A model generated the notes under the pieces. That model was not told the DNA's origin. It saw only the letters and a program-made list of their open reading frames with translations, and did not search any database. A stretch of 57,465 nucleotides of DNA, filler included, from Sluysia triapertura (taxonomy: Eukaryota), in NCBI GenBank assembly GCA_046118255.1. It is 4 parts of 4 records of this genome, joined end to end, with 100 filler letters (N's around TTAATTAATTAA, not from the genome) between each part and the next. Parts side by side here need not be neighbours in the genome. Positions count along the whole stretch, not along the records: positions 31,821 to 46,523 come from JBJNIA010251419.1; positions 46,624 to 57,465 come from JBJNIA010192794.1; 2 more parts are not named here. One strand, given 5' to 3'. Positions 38,980 through 50,725 of this stretch are shown one piece after another. How positions within the stretch are numbered: position 1 is the first letter of the stretch; each line of letters begins with the position of its first letter. Made by a program: the position numbers and the translations under genes.

Positions 38980-41792
38980 ACATAGTCAACTCTTCATAGG
39001 CTCCCATTAATGTACTGATTACGAAGTAGTATTGGGGCTCCGAAAAAATTTTTAAATTTACCTGGATAATTCATTTATTTTACAAAAAAAAATCTCTGAT
39101 AAATCAATATCTTTAATCTGAGCAATGTGCTTTAAAATAAATTGTCCTGTGACATCTTTGATAAATCGAACTTTGAACAAAGTTAAACTCACTTGTCACC
39201 ATTATAGCTATAAGGTTAAGGTACAAAAGATTTCCATTTGGGATTTGAAATCAAAACTTAAATCTGTATCGGGTATATCATCTAAGACTACCATATGTTT
39301 GTAGAAACTTTCTTCTTGAGATTGCATCACAAATTTAACTTCCTCTGTTCAAAGAGGAATTTGTAAAAATGTCATATGTACTTGACACTCGTTTAAGTTT
39401 AAAGTTATTAAATAGTTTTTATTTAAAATTTCTTCTTTAAAATTAAGTTTGTCATGAATGTTACAATCAATTACAAAATGAATCATTACTTTATTTTTCT
39501 TTAAAATCATAATAAATTCCAAAACTTTAAAATAAAACACTAAAATTAATATATTAGAAGTACGACAAATTGGGAGAAATAATTCATCAAAAGAGAGATT
39601 ACTAAAGATAATAGATAGTAGACAGTTAAAGAGGCTTACGTCTTTTGGGTGGCGTGGTGTATTATGTTTTAGTGTAAAGTTGAAGGTCTTGAGGGCTTTG
39701 AAAATTATTATCAAATATTTGCAATGTATATTATGCACCCTATGCGCTATGAAGCTTCCGTATCTATTTGCGTAGATAATCTGAGGTTTATAATTGTAAT
39801 TTATAATTTAAACTGATATCCATAATAATATTATTACAAATATAATCAATTGCATTCTTAAAATTTAATAAATTTCATTCTTGTTTTATTTTATGTTACA
39901 TAATGAGATATAAGACAAGGAACATTTATTATCTATAATTTTAACTTCAATAATCAGCATTATATTCTTAAAATTTAATAAATTAAATTCATTCTTGTTT
40001 TGTTTTATGTTACATAAAGAGATGTAAGACAAGGAACATTTATTATGTATAATTTTAATTAGCGCATAGTTTTTGCTCGTAGTTTCTATGATCCACCTCA
40101 TCACTATTTGTACTTCACGAATCCGATCGCCAATTGTATACACTAAAGCAATAAAATTTATAAAATTAAATGAATAAATACTCACATAATGTATTCTTAT
40201 AATTAAATTGATATTATTCAATTCTTCAAGTTTTTGTTCTTCCGACAATTTAGGTTTTAAAACTTCATATAGTATTAATCTAACTAAGCATTGATGCACT
40301 TTGTGAAGTATAGATTTGTTTTTTCATGAGCATAAACTAATCGCATTGGTTCGCGTTAAAACTAATGTCTGTAATGAGTTTGATAGTGCACTGTCATTAA
40401 AATTGGAAATTAGATAATGTAACTTTGATAAGAGATTAAATAATTCATGGCCATAACTAAAGAAAATGTAATGTATCATACGATTTATTGAAAGATTAAA
40501 AGTTTTCTTGTGAAGTACTTGATATACATCCTCCATATATTCAGTCCAAAATTCGATATTTGGTTTAAAGATTTCATTAAAATTAGTAAAAACTTTCCAC
40601 AAGTTGAGTTTTGATAAATATTGTGCTTTTATATAATTTAGAAGAACTAAAGGTTTTCGGATACGAAACCACATCTGTTTTAGGTACGCAATTTCTGAAT
40701 CCACATGATCCAAAGGTACATACGATTTTTCTATTAGATTTGATTCATCTAAAATATTGCTGTTTGGCTGATCAAAAGTTAATGATGTTACTGAAACTTT
40801 TGTAGGTAATTCATCAATAAAGAGACATAATACTTCTAAAGCTTTATCCATTTTTTAAACTTGTTCATTTTCCAAAATTTCGCTTAATATTTCATGATTG
40901 AATTTATTTTTAGGATTTAAAAATAATTTTGTTGATTGTCTGGGACTAGGTTCTTGTTTATCAATAATACCCAGTGATTTCTTACTAAATGAACTTGATA
41001 AATCTAAAAACGATCTCATAGCAAGAGAAGGATATTGTTTGAGTATTGCCGTTTTCGGTAATGGTAATAACTCTGTTGACGATTTTCGATGTTCCTGATA
41101 ACATTCCAACATATTAAAATTTTTGTAATAAAAATTGTGTTTGTCAAATTTTGCTAACACACGATCACTTGTGCAATGTAATAATTTTTGTATTTTTGCC
41201 CAATCAGAGTATTAATAAGTAATTTTTAATAAGATATACTCTGATTGGGTGATGTCTTATAACTCTCAATCGGAGACTTGAGATTTTATTTCTATCGTTT
41301 CCATTTCATCTCTTTTTTCGGACTTGATCATATGAAACATATAATCTTTCGTATAAATATCTTTTGAATCTTGATCTAACTTTAAATATATTTATTTAAT
41401 TTGACAATGAATTTGTTTCTCTTGTTCATATTTAATGTCAAGTTGTTTTACTACATTTTGCATGATTCTGTGGCGAAATTTTAATAGAGGTAAAGAAATC
41501 GATTCATTAACTAAAAAAATTTTCAACCACTTTAATGAGCTTAAATCAGTATTCAACTTGGATTTGGATAATTTACCAATATTTGATTTAGCTACAGATT
41601 CAAAAGTACCAACTGTGACACTAAGAGTGCTTTTAATAAAGTAGTTAATGAGTTTCCATTTTCATCATTAAGTATTCGAGTCAACAGTCGACCCAGAATG
41701 TTTATAATATCATCTGGTAACTGCTTTATAATTTTTGATAAGGTCAAATAATCACCATGCATTCTTAATTCATCACATGCGTTATTAACCAT
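38980..41792 (-). pseudogene. Large unidentified intron-containing gene with internal stops, antisense and probably nested in a CFAP119 intron
   Basis: One frame runs from ~41640 to ~40190 with six in-frame stops and no frameshift, joining ORFs 40855-41160, 40324-40851 and 39886-40299. Intron-like GTGAGT..TAG (~40185-40143) and GTAAGC..TAG (~39639-39602) are present. Confidence 0.65.
39855..40046. repeat. Tandem duplication, ~110-bp period
   Basis: attcttaaaatttaataaatt...cattcttgtttt.ttttatgttacataa..gat.taagacaaggaacatttattat occurs twice. Confidence 0.85.
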
Positions 41793-42559
41793 AAAGAATT
41801 ATTTTAAAAAGTAAGTTAGGAAAGCAAGTAGATAGAAGTAAGATTGAGAAAAGGAATGGTAGAAGATTTAAGAAAAGTTGCAATTGCTTTTATAGAAATT
41901 CCATTGTTTAATTTTGAATTTTTTAACTAAAGAGATTTTAAGTTGTTTAGTTGTTGTGTGGTTTTGTAGTAGTTTAGCAATTTGGATAATTCTTTCGATG
42001 ACTTGAATCTGAAATCAGATAATGATAATAATATGCCTATAGACAAATAGTTATTGCAACTATTTTAGTCTTCAAAGTATTCCAAGTATTCAAACGACTC
42101 ACGATTAGTTGTAATGCCATCTAATGTGTTTTCTGTGTTACAATTCAATAGATTTCAACTTATCTACCTACTTTAAGAGTCATCGAACTAGTGTATTAAT
42201 CAGGTGTTTTTATACGTTTGTTTCATTTTGTTTTGGGGATTACCGATGAAACTTATTAATCTATTCGCATGTAATTTAGAAAATAAAAGTAATCAAAAAT
42301 TAAAAATGTTAGTTACAAATTAGCATATAATTTTACAGGTATATGATAACTATGAAAAAATATTGAATATTTAAAAGTCGTCTCTAATTATTTGATTGAA
42401 TCATGATTGCAAAATCATGTGTAAAATTAGGTTTCAAGTTTAATCGTGGCTTTTCATTGGTTCTAATCGCTTTACACTAATTCTCAATACATAATATTCC
42501 GCCATAGTTGTGTTAAACGCTTTTATCAGATCAATTTAAATTTATCGCACATTGTGACT

Positions 42560-43362
42560 TATCCGTACATACAGAACAATAATACGTGGTGTCGGAATAA
42601 CGAAATTACATAAAATGGTGTTATACGCACAAGCCCATTATAGCTTAGAATCATAAAATGGTGGTGGTATTGGAGTTATAATAAACAATCAAATACGAAT
42701 CACAAAAAATGAAGAATCTATAAAATCTAATAAAATCTTTATCCCAATCTAGTAGAAAGATAAAAGTTGTTTAAATTTCGTTTAAATTCTATAATTCAAG
42801 CATTACGAATAATTATTTTGTGAAAAAAGAAATCAAACGACTTTAATGGTTTTATGTCGAAAGTTAAAAAATACGAAATTACAGTTATAAATCAAATACT
42901 ACATTAGAAATCCAAAAGAACAGCGTAAATGAGCTTGAATATAAGACAGTTAATAAAGATGACGTTAACAATGTTAAAAATTCTATTGACCTAATACCAA
43001 TCAAAGTTATCAAAAATAATTTAATTTTGAAAATGTTATTCCGGTTTATTGAAAATTATTAAACATTCATTACGTCAACTAAAATTTCCGTCCAGTGCAA
43101 AAATATCTCATCTGAAATATGATAATCCTTTATTTTTAAGTAATGCTAAGCATTTTTATCAAAATTTATAGGAAAAGCAGTTTCACAATTGCCAAAGTTT
43201 ATAAACAAAAGTAATTTGCTAACAATCTATCAATCTTCCTAAAGGAGGCTATCATTTAACAGAAACAGCTACTTTAAGAATGAATGATGATATTTTAAAT
43301 AATATTGCTGTAATGTATTTTGAGTGTTTTTAGATATATATACTGCTTTTTGATACTGTCCC
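42560..43362 (+). mobile_element. CR1/L2-clade LINE endonuclease-RT remnant, related to 14397-15161
   Basis: GGGIGVIIN (APE motif), IIKHSL..KFP, FINKSNLLTIYQS, TETATLRMNDDILN and FLDI..AFDTV, with deletions between them. Confidence 0.7.
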
Positions 43363-43447
43363 GTGACCGCATGTTAAATAAAAATAATAAATTTAATAAA
43401 TAAAAATTGTTTTAATATTCATTAAAATTCAATATTTAAATTAACCC

Positions 43448-44005
43448 ATGAATTCAAAGATCAGGAAAGTAGATGGCGAGCGTCGAATTTTTCAAGATAC
43501 TTGGGCGTTTGATTATTTTTTTATCGAGCAAAATGGAAAGTCAACATGTCTTATTTGCCTTGAAAATGTTGCTGTGAATAAAGTGACCCACCATTTTGAA
43601 AATTTTAAAAAAATTAATGGAGAATCAAGGAGAGAATGAAGTTTGAAAAGCAGACATCAATTTTTACGAAGAAAAGAAGTGAATGTGAAGCCAATACTCA
43701 TGCAAGCTAAAAAGATGAAACCGTTTTCGGATGGTGAATTTGTTAAACAATGTTTGATGCCAGTGGTGGATTAAAAAGTCATTATTTTCTTCCATAAGTC
43801 TATTTGGTAGGACTGTCACAAGACACATTGAAGAGATGTCATCAGATGTTAACAGTTGTTTAATGAACGCCTGCAGCGAATTGCAATATTTTTCAATTGC
43901 AGTTGATGAGAATACAGTCTTAAATGACACCGCTCAGCTTACAGTTTTCGTTTAAGGAGTGACTTCGAGTTACCATGTTTTTGAAGAATTTATTCAGTTA
44001 TTTCA
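43448..44005 (+). mobile_element. hAT transposase remnant (GTF2IRD2/SPIN/Charlie-Buster type)
   Basis: RKVDGERRIFQDTWAFDYFFIEQNGKSTCLICLENVAVNK, KPFSDGEFVKQC, TVTRHIEEMS and YFSIAVDE...DTAQLTVFV*GV...VFEEF. Confidence 0.9.
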
Positions 44006-44710
44006 TTGATAAATCAATAAATTAATAAAATCTAAAACATAGATACCTTTGTTCAACATAATCTTATCTATATATTTTATGAAACATTAGTTCTCCTAAA
44101 AAGTATACATTAATTTCGAATTGCTTTTCCAAATATATGTTCATACTCATGCCAGTATTGCATTTAATAATCTCCAAAAAATTTTTGAACACGAAAATAA
44201 AAAATTCATAGAATTATAAGATAATAAAATAATAAAATAAACAAAATTTAATAATAATAAAATATTTTAAAAAACTTATTATTTAATAAAATTTAATTTT
44301 AATATCTAACTTATATTTAAGATTTTCATTGAAGGAAAAGTTATTGAAGGTCGAAGTGTATAAATGAAGATGAAACCTTGAATGATTGAAGTGGATTAAT
44401 AGTTTTGTATAAATTTGATAAGACGTATTAATGTATTTGAAATAATGAATTGAGGTTTCGAATCACTACAAGCTATATCGAAAAGTAGTTATAATATGAA
44501 ATTCAAGAAATTATTGGCCATAATATAATGTAGGTGGAAAATATACATAACACGAGTTTGATTGGGTATATTAAATTCTATAAAGAGTTATATATACAAT
44601 CAATTATTTAAAACTATCAGCAGCAGTCGTTTAAGCATTTTATTCTTTGGATTTTTTAGAAAATGATTATTTTAGTTTAAAACAATTATTAAAATAATTT
44701 TATTATTTAG

Positions 44711-44761
44711 ATGATGAAAAAATTAATGAAGATGAAGAAAAAACAGAAAATGTTGTACAAG
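44711..44761 (+). CDS. Putative CFAP119 exon 5 (acidic linker)
   Basis: tttag acceptor and G|GTAAGT donor, phase 1/1, matching the donor at 37804. Encodes DDEKINEDEEKTENVVQ. Confidence 0.55.
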
Positions 44762-45189
44762 GTAAGTGTATATAACATATAAAAATATCGTTTAAAAATA
44801 TTTAAAGTTTAGCATACATTTTTGATAAAAATTTATTTATCAAATTAAAAATTAAGCATGCTGTTTATTGATTTGACTAAATTCAACAATTTAAAACTCC
44901 GCAACGAACTTATCATTTTCAAACAATTAAATTATTTGTTTCAATTTAAACAATTTTTCATTCTAACTTAACCTCAATTTAACTCAGCTTTTACAAAAAA
45001 CATTCCTTTATTTTCAAAACTTTTGGCATATAATGGTCATAATAATAATTGTAATACAGTTTTTATTGTTTTATTCTCGTCATCATTTTTTATTGTACTT
45101 ATATCGTTATATTTTATAATTAACATTATAAATGATTATATTTTTCATTTTGTGTACATACGTAAAATTTATGTTCATTCAACACTATG

Positions 45190-45740
45190 TTTTTACCGGA
45201 ACGTAATGTAGCAAGCTATGTACATTTGCCAACATTATCCATAATTGTTTAATGAACCACTATACACAAATAACTACTATTACCAATGTGTCAATAACCT
45301 CAATGATTCTCCTTCAACTTTTAATTCAGATTTCAAAAGCTGATAAACTGTGAGTACTTCCTATAATTCGGAATTTTCTAATTTGTATACTTGATTTACT
45401 ACTCCTAATCTACGCTGAGCTATTGAACTACCGTTTTGTAATCGAGATTTATAACCTAATATATAATATTACATACGAACATTAACATCATTAGTAGTAT
45501 CCTAATGTAATCAATTTTGCAAAAATTGTTTCAATTCATACTGAGCCGTATGTATCTAATCAATAATTCTGTTGTGTTGCTAATTTTGAGCTATTTCTGC
45601 TTATTCAAAAGATTTGGGAAATACAGTTTTGGGTAGAAATCACTGAAACTCAAAAATTTACGTGTACATATTCTGTGACTGTAGGGAATTCATCACAATT
45701 CATCGCATAAAGACACTCCGCATATGCACAAACTATTAAA
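45190..45740 (-). pseudogene. Unidentified decayed multi-exon gene fragment
   Basis: GYKSRLQNGSSIAQRRLGVVNQVYKLENSEL*EVLTVYQLLKSELKVEGESLRLLTH, bounded by splice-like sites. Confidence 0.3.
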
Positions 45741-46312
45741 CAAACTACTAAACTCATTTAAAGATAAACACGACCATCACATCTAACTATTATGAACTAT
45801 CGCTATTATTATTACGATTCATATCACATTAAAACATGTGTAAAAAATTATAATCATTATTGTTGTATAATAAATATCAAATAGTAACTTTTATAATAAC
45901 TTTTATAATATTTCTCTTAATAAAATTTCTTAATAAATTTCAACAATTCTATATTAATGAACATAATAATCACATAATTGTTATCATCATTATTGTTTCT
46001 TTTATCCTTATTATTGACCTATCTCTTTTTGTTTCAATTTTGTTGATTTTATTATACACATTAGTACTTTAATATTTCAAAAACCTTCAAATTTCAAATA
46101 CCATATTCGTGACAATATCGGAAACAAGTCAAGAAAACTAATTTAAATCATGACAAAACGAAATTCGATACCATATCAAAAGCATATAAAAGAATTATTT
46201 GTTTATTTAAGTTGGCATTTCAATAAATCAAGTTTACAATCATCATAGGAATTATTATATTTGACTTTTATTTATTATTTTTTTTACAGTAATTCTTATA
46301 TGTCTATTAAAG

Positions 46313-46523
46313 ATAATGTATTATCAAATAGTTTGTCAAATTTATTATCAAAAGAAGAAAAAGCAACTCTAATTCGTGAAATCGTGTCATCGTCTCTAAA
46401 AGAAATTCTAATGAATATATCAGCGGCTATTTTAATTTTGTTCGGTCACGATTATTTGTTCGGCGGACAATATCTAATGAAGCAGCAATACCTCCAGAAA
46501 AGAAGATCTGGTAGTATGCAACA
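46313..46523 (+). CDS. Putative CFAP119 3' exon (helical C-terminus), running into a gap
   Basis: An AAG acceptor in phase 1 gives DNVLSNSLSNLLSKEEKATLIREIVSSSLKEILMNIS. Sequence after ~46425 may be unrelated. Confidence 0.4.
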
Positions 46524-46623
46524 NNNNNNNNNNNNNNNNNNNNNNNNNNNNNNNNNNNNNNNNNNNNTTAATTAATTAANNNNNNNNNNNNNNNNNNNNN
46601 NNNNNNNNNNNNNNNNNNNNNNN
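46524..46623. other. Artificial scaffold spacer
   Basis: N44-TTAATTAATTAA-N44. Confidence 0.95.
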
Positions 46624-47759
46624 ATTTTCATTTTTGTGTAGCATCCTGGCACTTTTAGATAATTCTCTAAAAATCATGTTGGCACTCAAAGGGTTAAATA
46701 CAATATTTAAATAATTAAACTGATTTTTAATAATTAATAAATGAATTAACATCGAAAATAATACAAAATAAAAGTTACAAAAAAAAACTAAAAACCACAA
46801 TTTATATAATTATTTTTAACTAGTTCCATTTTTTTAAATCAAAAAAAACATAGTAACATAGAAATTATACTACTTCTTAATTACTAAAAGTAATGAATAA
46901 TAATAAGTTTAAGATTAGTCTATACATAATTTATTTTCAAAAACATCAATAATTTGTTATATTGTATGTTCCATAAAAAAGTCAGTTTATTTTTAAAAAA
47001 TAACAATTTATCAAACATTAATGAATATTTAAACAAAAATTAAAAATACAATGAAAATAGTTATCTGCAGCTATTCTGTCAAAGTTTATATATTACCATA
47101 TTAGCTTTTTTCCATCAAATGTCAGACGAGTATGCATGTCCAATATTATTTAGTATGATATATTAATTGCCGTTTCCTCGTCGCAAACAATCATTAAATA
47201 TTGCATGTATTCTTCTCAATTAATCAATCACCTTTCAAATTTATAATTATACACTAAAAAATGTATTGATATTTCAAAACAGTGACAACGGACAACAGGA
47301 TATACTATTTTGTGATATTTAAATGAAATATACACGATGTGTTCAGTATGTATGTATTATTTATTACAAATGTTTCAATTTATCATTTATTGATTACTGA
47401 ATACCAGCAATTTTCTCAAATTTAGTTATGTGATGCTGCATCTTGGTGAAAAGAGAACTATGATAACGTTTTGTTCATTTTAATCAATAGAACAAATCCT
47501 GAAGTTACTGATTAATTTTCTTCTTTTTCACTACGATCTAAGATTAGACCATTCAATCCGATCAAAATGTTAATTAGTCGCCTAAAGAGTGACAGTATCT
47601 AGTTTGTTACGCTTAAATGTATTGCTTGTTTTATGGTATTACATAATTTAATATAATACACTTGATGAAAACTAAAGCTTGGTATTTAATAAATGTTTGG
47701 ATATGATAAACATATAATATTATTCACACAAAATATAGAAATATTTTATTTTAATACGA

Positions 47760-50725
47760 TCAATTATTTATACGATTCATTACTTTTTCAATAGCCATAG
47801 TTCGAATTTCAGATATACAGATATAATTTAAACCGTCTTCACTATACGTATTATTGTTTATACACGATGATTGTGAATTTGGAGTTGTGGTTTCGGACTT
47901 TTTATGTGAACACAGTAACAAATAATTAGGGGTAGAATTATTTTGAGATGAAGCGGTTTTATTATTGTCATTATAATATTCATGATAATCATTGTTTATA
48001 ACATCAAAATTGTAATATTCTTTGTTATTATTTTCAGTCCATTTGACATAATTATTATGTTTATTATCGTTGTTATTGTTCTGTACAAAGACAAGATTGC
48101 TGTATTCAATTGGTGAAGTAGTAGTAGTAGATTCTGTATTTTGATTGGGCGTTGGAGGTGTATAATTATCCAATTCACTAACAGATTGTGAATTATGGCG
48201 ACTATTGAAATTAGTGGAATTAATAGGTACATTTGCACCACACTGGTTTAATTCATATATATTTCTGAACGAATTTGATTTAAGTATTTTATGATTGCTT
48301 CGTAAATTTCGATCAATAGCTATAGGACTTCCAATAGTCAGTTTGGTGTTGAGATCTTTGGTAGTAGTCGGAGAATCCATAAAGTATTGAGATATCTATT
48401 GAAATCAAATAGTAATAATAATTATTATATAGTAATAAAATAAATTTATGAAAAATTAAATAATAATTGTGTAACTAGAAGATAGTTTGTATTACAATTA
48501 CAAAGTCTAAAAGCTTTGAGATTTGAGTAACTTTGTCCAATGCTTTTAAAATTAATGATTCGTACTTTCATTATACTTAAGAAAGAATGTAGAAAAACAA
48601 ATTTTCAAACAAAAATCAACAAAAACAAACAAGAATCAAGCATTAATGAGCATCTGAATAAGGTTAAATAAGACTAAATAGAATAAGATATAAAAAACAA
48701 AACATGAAAATAATTAGAAGGATCAAAACAATGATGAAAAATGATAAATAAATGATTATATTCGATTATAACTAAAAATATCAAAAAAATATTTAAAATC
48801 ACATATTTTTTGCAATCAATTTAACATCCACATAAATCGATGTTTTTAATGTCGAAACAGTAAACAAAATAATTAAATGTATATATTTATAGAAAAGTTT
48901 TGAAAAAATTAGTTTAAAATTAACGTCAGTATATAAACAATAAACGACAAATTTTTCTATTGATTTAATTATTACCATGTCTAGAGTTTAAAGTACAAAN
49001 NNNNNNNNNNNNNNNNNNNNNNNNNNNNNNNNNNNNNNNNNNNNNNNNNNNNNNNNNNNNNNNNNNNNNNNNNNNNNNNNNNNNNNNNNNNNNNNNNNNN
49101 NNNNNNNNNNNNNNNNNNNNNNNNNNNNNNNNNNNNNNNNNNNNNNNNNNCAATTACGATGTTCCTTTTCTGTAATCTTAAAAATTCATAAAAATAACCA
49201 AAAATTAACATCATCGTTTCGTAGGCATTTTAATTGGAGAAAAAAATTTGTAAATCCAATAATTATAGCAGAAAAACATCTTAATATTATTAGAAATTAA
49301 ATTATTATTTCATTGATTCGTTCAGTTTTGAATTGTGTGGTTTAATTAGTGTAACAAAACCAATGAAACCATTTCTGTGCAAACCATTTTTAAGAAATCT
49401 ATAATTTATTATTTACATTTCTTCGATTATTGTGATATAATGCAATGATTAATTAAAAGCACTAATCAAGAGCTTCTTGCTTGATGTCTAATAATACAAC
49501 CATATTTATTATTATTAATATGACTGTTACTAATACTAACCACTTAATCTAATCGTTCACAACTGTACAAATTTTGCAAAATTGCTATTAACTTTTTGTA
49601 GTTCGCTGATTTTATTACCGTGTTTCCGAAAATAAAGCCTAGCGTGATGTTTTAGGATGATTTTAATTTAAGACCTACCCCTAAAATAAGCTTTGGTTGA
49701 TAGACAATTAGGATAACTAATAAAAGTCAATGAATGACTTGAGACAGCGTTCAGTGCATTCTTTAGCATTTATTACCATTCATTCTGAGATACTTTCATT
49801 GTCAAAACTTTCTGATTGTGACTGATTCTGATTGATTCACTTTTAGCCAATCCTCCAAGTAATATTTTATTAGCAATTATCAAAGCCTTCCTCCGTGCCA
49901 CACAATATGTACAAGAATGACTTAAAATAATGAAATTCAATTAAATGAAACCTCCGCAGAAACTTTGGAATCCAATGATTTACAAGACGTTCCAGAAGAC
50001 GATGATATGGTCATTTTTGAATGATTTATAGTTAGTGGTTTTTAAACATAAAACGTGTTATTCATTAGTAAATATGGATCGGTATATTTTGTAACTTTGT
50101 TTTTCGATAGATGAAAATATGACAGCGCCAAAAAATAAGCCCTAGTGTCATATTTTGGAGTGAAAATTAATATAAACCCTGTCTTATTTTCGGGGAAACA
50201 CAGTAACGTACTAGTAATTTTAGAACGAAATCAGACAATTTGAGTAAATGGAAAAGAAGCACACTAATCTTTTCTTTTAGCTAAACTTGACTTCAAAAAT
50301 ATTCATTAGTGAGATTTGTCGAAAATGAAAGCACATGTCATATTTGTAAAAAATATTGTTTACAAATCAATATCAAACCTCAAATCTCTTATAAAAAGAG
50401 TGGAAATTCTTAATTTTAAAAATAAATTTCGATTCACCAGTTGGCGAAGAACGACCAGTGTTGAATATAAACAAATTGCCATAACAACTGAAATTACGAA
50501 TAGCAGTAATTGGCCAACAAATTGTATAATATTTATTGATATTGCTGCAATGACTAGTTGTGCTGGATGGAGATACAAAGGAAATTATTGGTGAAGTAAA
50601 TTTTGGTGAAAAATTAATTTTACTTTCACCTTTCTTAGAAATAACAGGAGAAAACGAAAATATATTTGTCGTGGCTTTGTGGTTACTTTGATTTTCTTTA
50701 ATTGCTTTGTTACTGGGAAATTGTT
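47760..50725 (-). CDS. FRS2: FRS2/DOK-type IRS-PTB adaptor protein, last two identified exons (5' exons not located)
   Basis: Exon 50725-50379 contains WPITAIRNFSCYGNLFIFNTGRSSPTGESKFIFKI (IRS-type PTB). Its phase-0 donor matches the phase-0 acceptor of exon 48395-47760, which has YxN motifs (YSN, YYN x2) and a terminal LNYICISEIRTMAI resembling the FRS2 SHP2-binding sites. Confidence 0.7.
49000..49150. other. Assembly gap
   Basis: 151 N. Confidence 0.95.
49618..50203. mobile_element. pogo/Tigger-like non-autonomous DNA transposon (586 bp) in the FRS2-like intron
   Basis: TA-CCGTGTTTCCGAAAATAA ... TTATTTTCGGGGAAACACAG-TA: terminal inverted repeats and a TA duplication. Confidence 0.8.

Noticed and set aside
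40611-41644. Plus-strand ORFs 40611, 40898 and 41435 (also 43664 -, 47996 -, 50316 +, 50360 -)
   Set aside because: Antisense or off-frame shadows of better-supported coding frames.
39886-41792. Alternative genetic code (TAA/TAG = Gln)
   Set aside because: The intact ENaC, CFAP119 and FRS2-like exons contain no in-frame TAR codons, and TGA stops and frameshifts occur in the same relics.
45860-46072. Short hydrophobic I/F/L/N-rich ORFs (also 758, 10268, 19771, 38128, 45023, 53044)
   Set aside because: Expected by chance in AT-rich low-complexity DNA, with no motifs or splice support.
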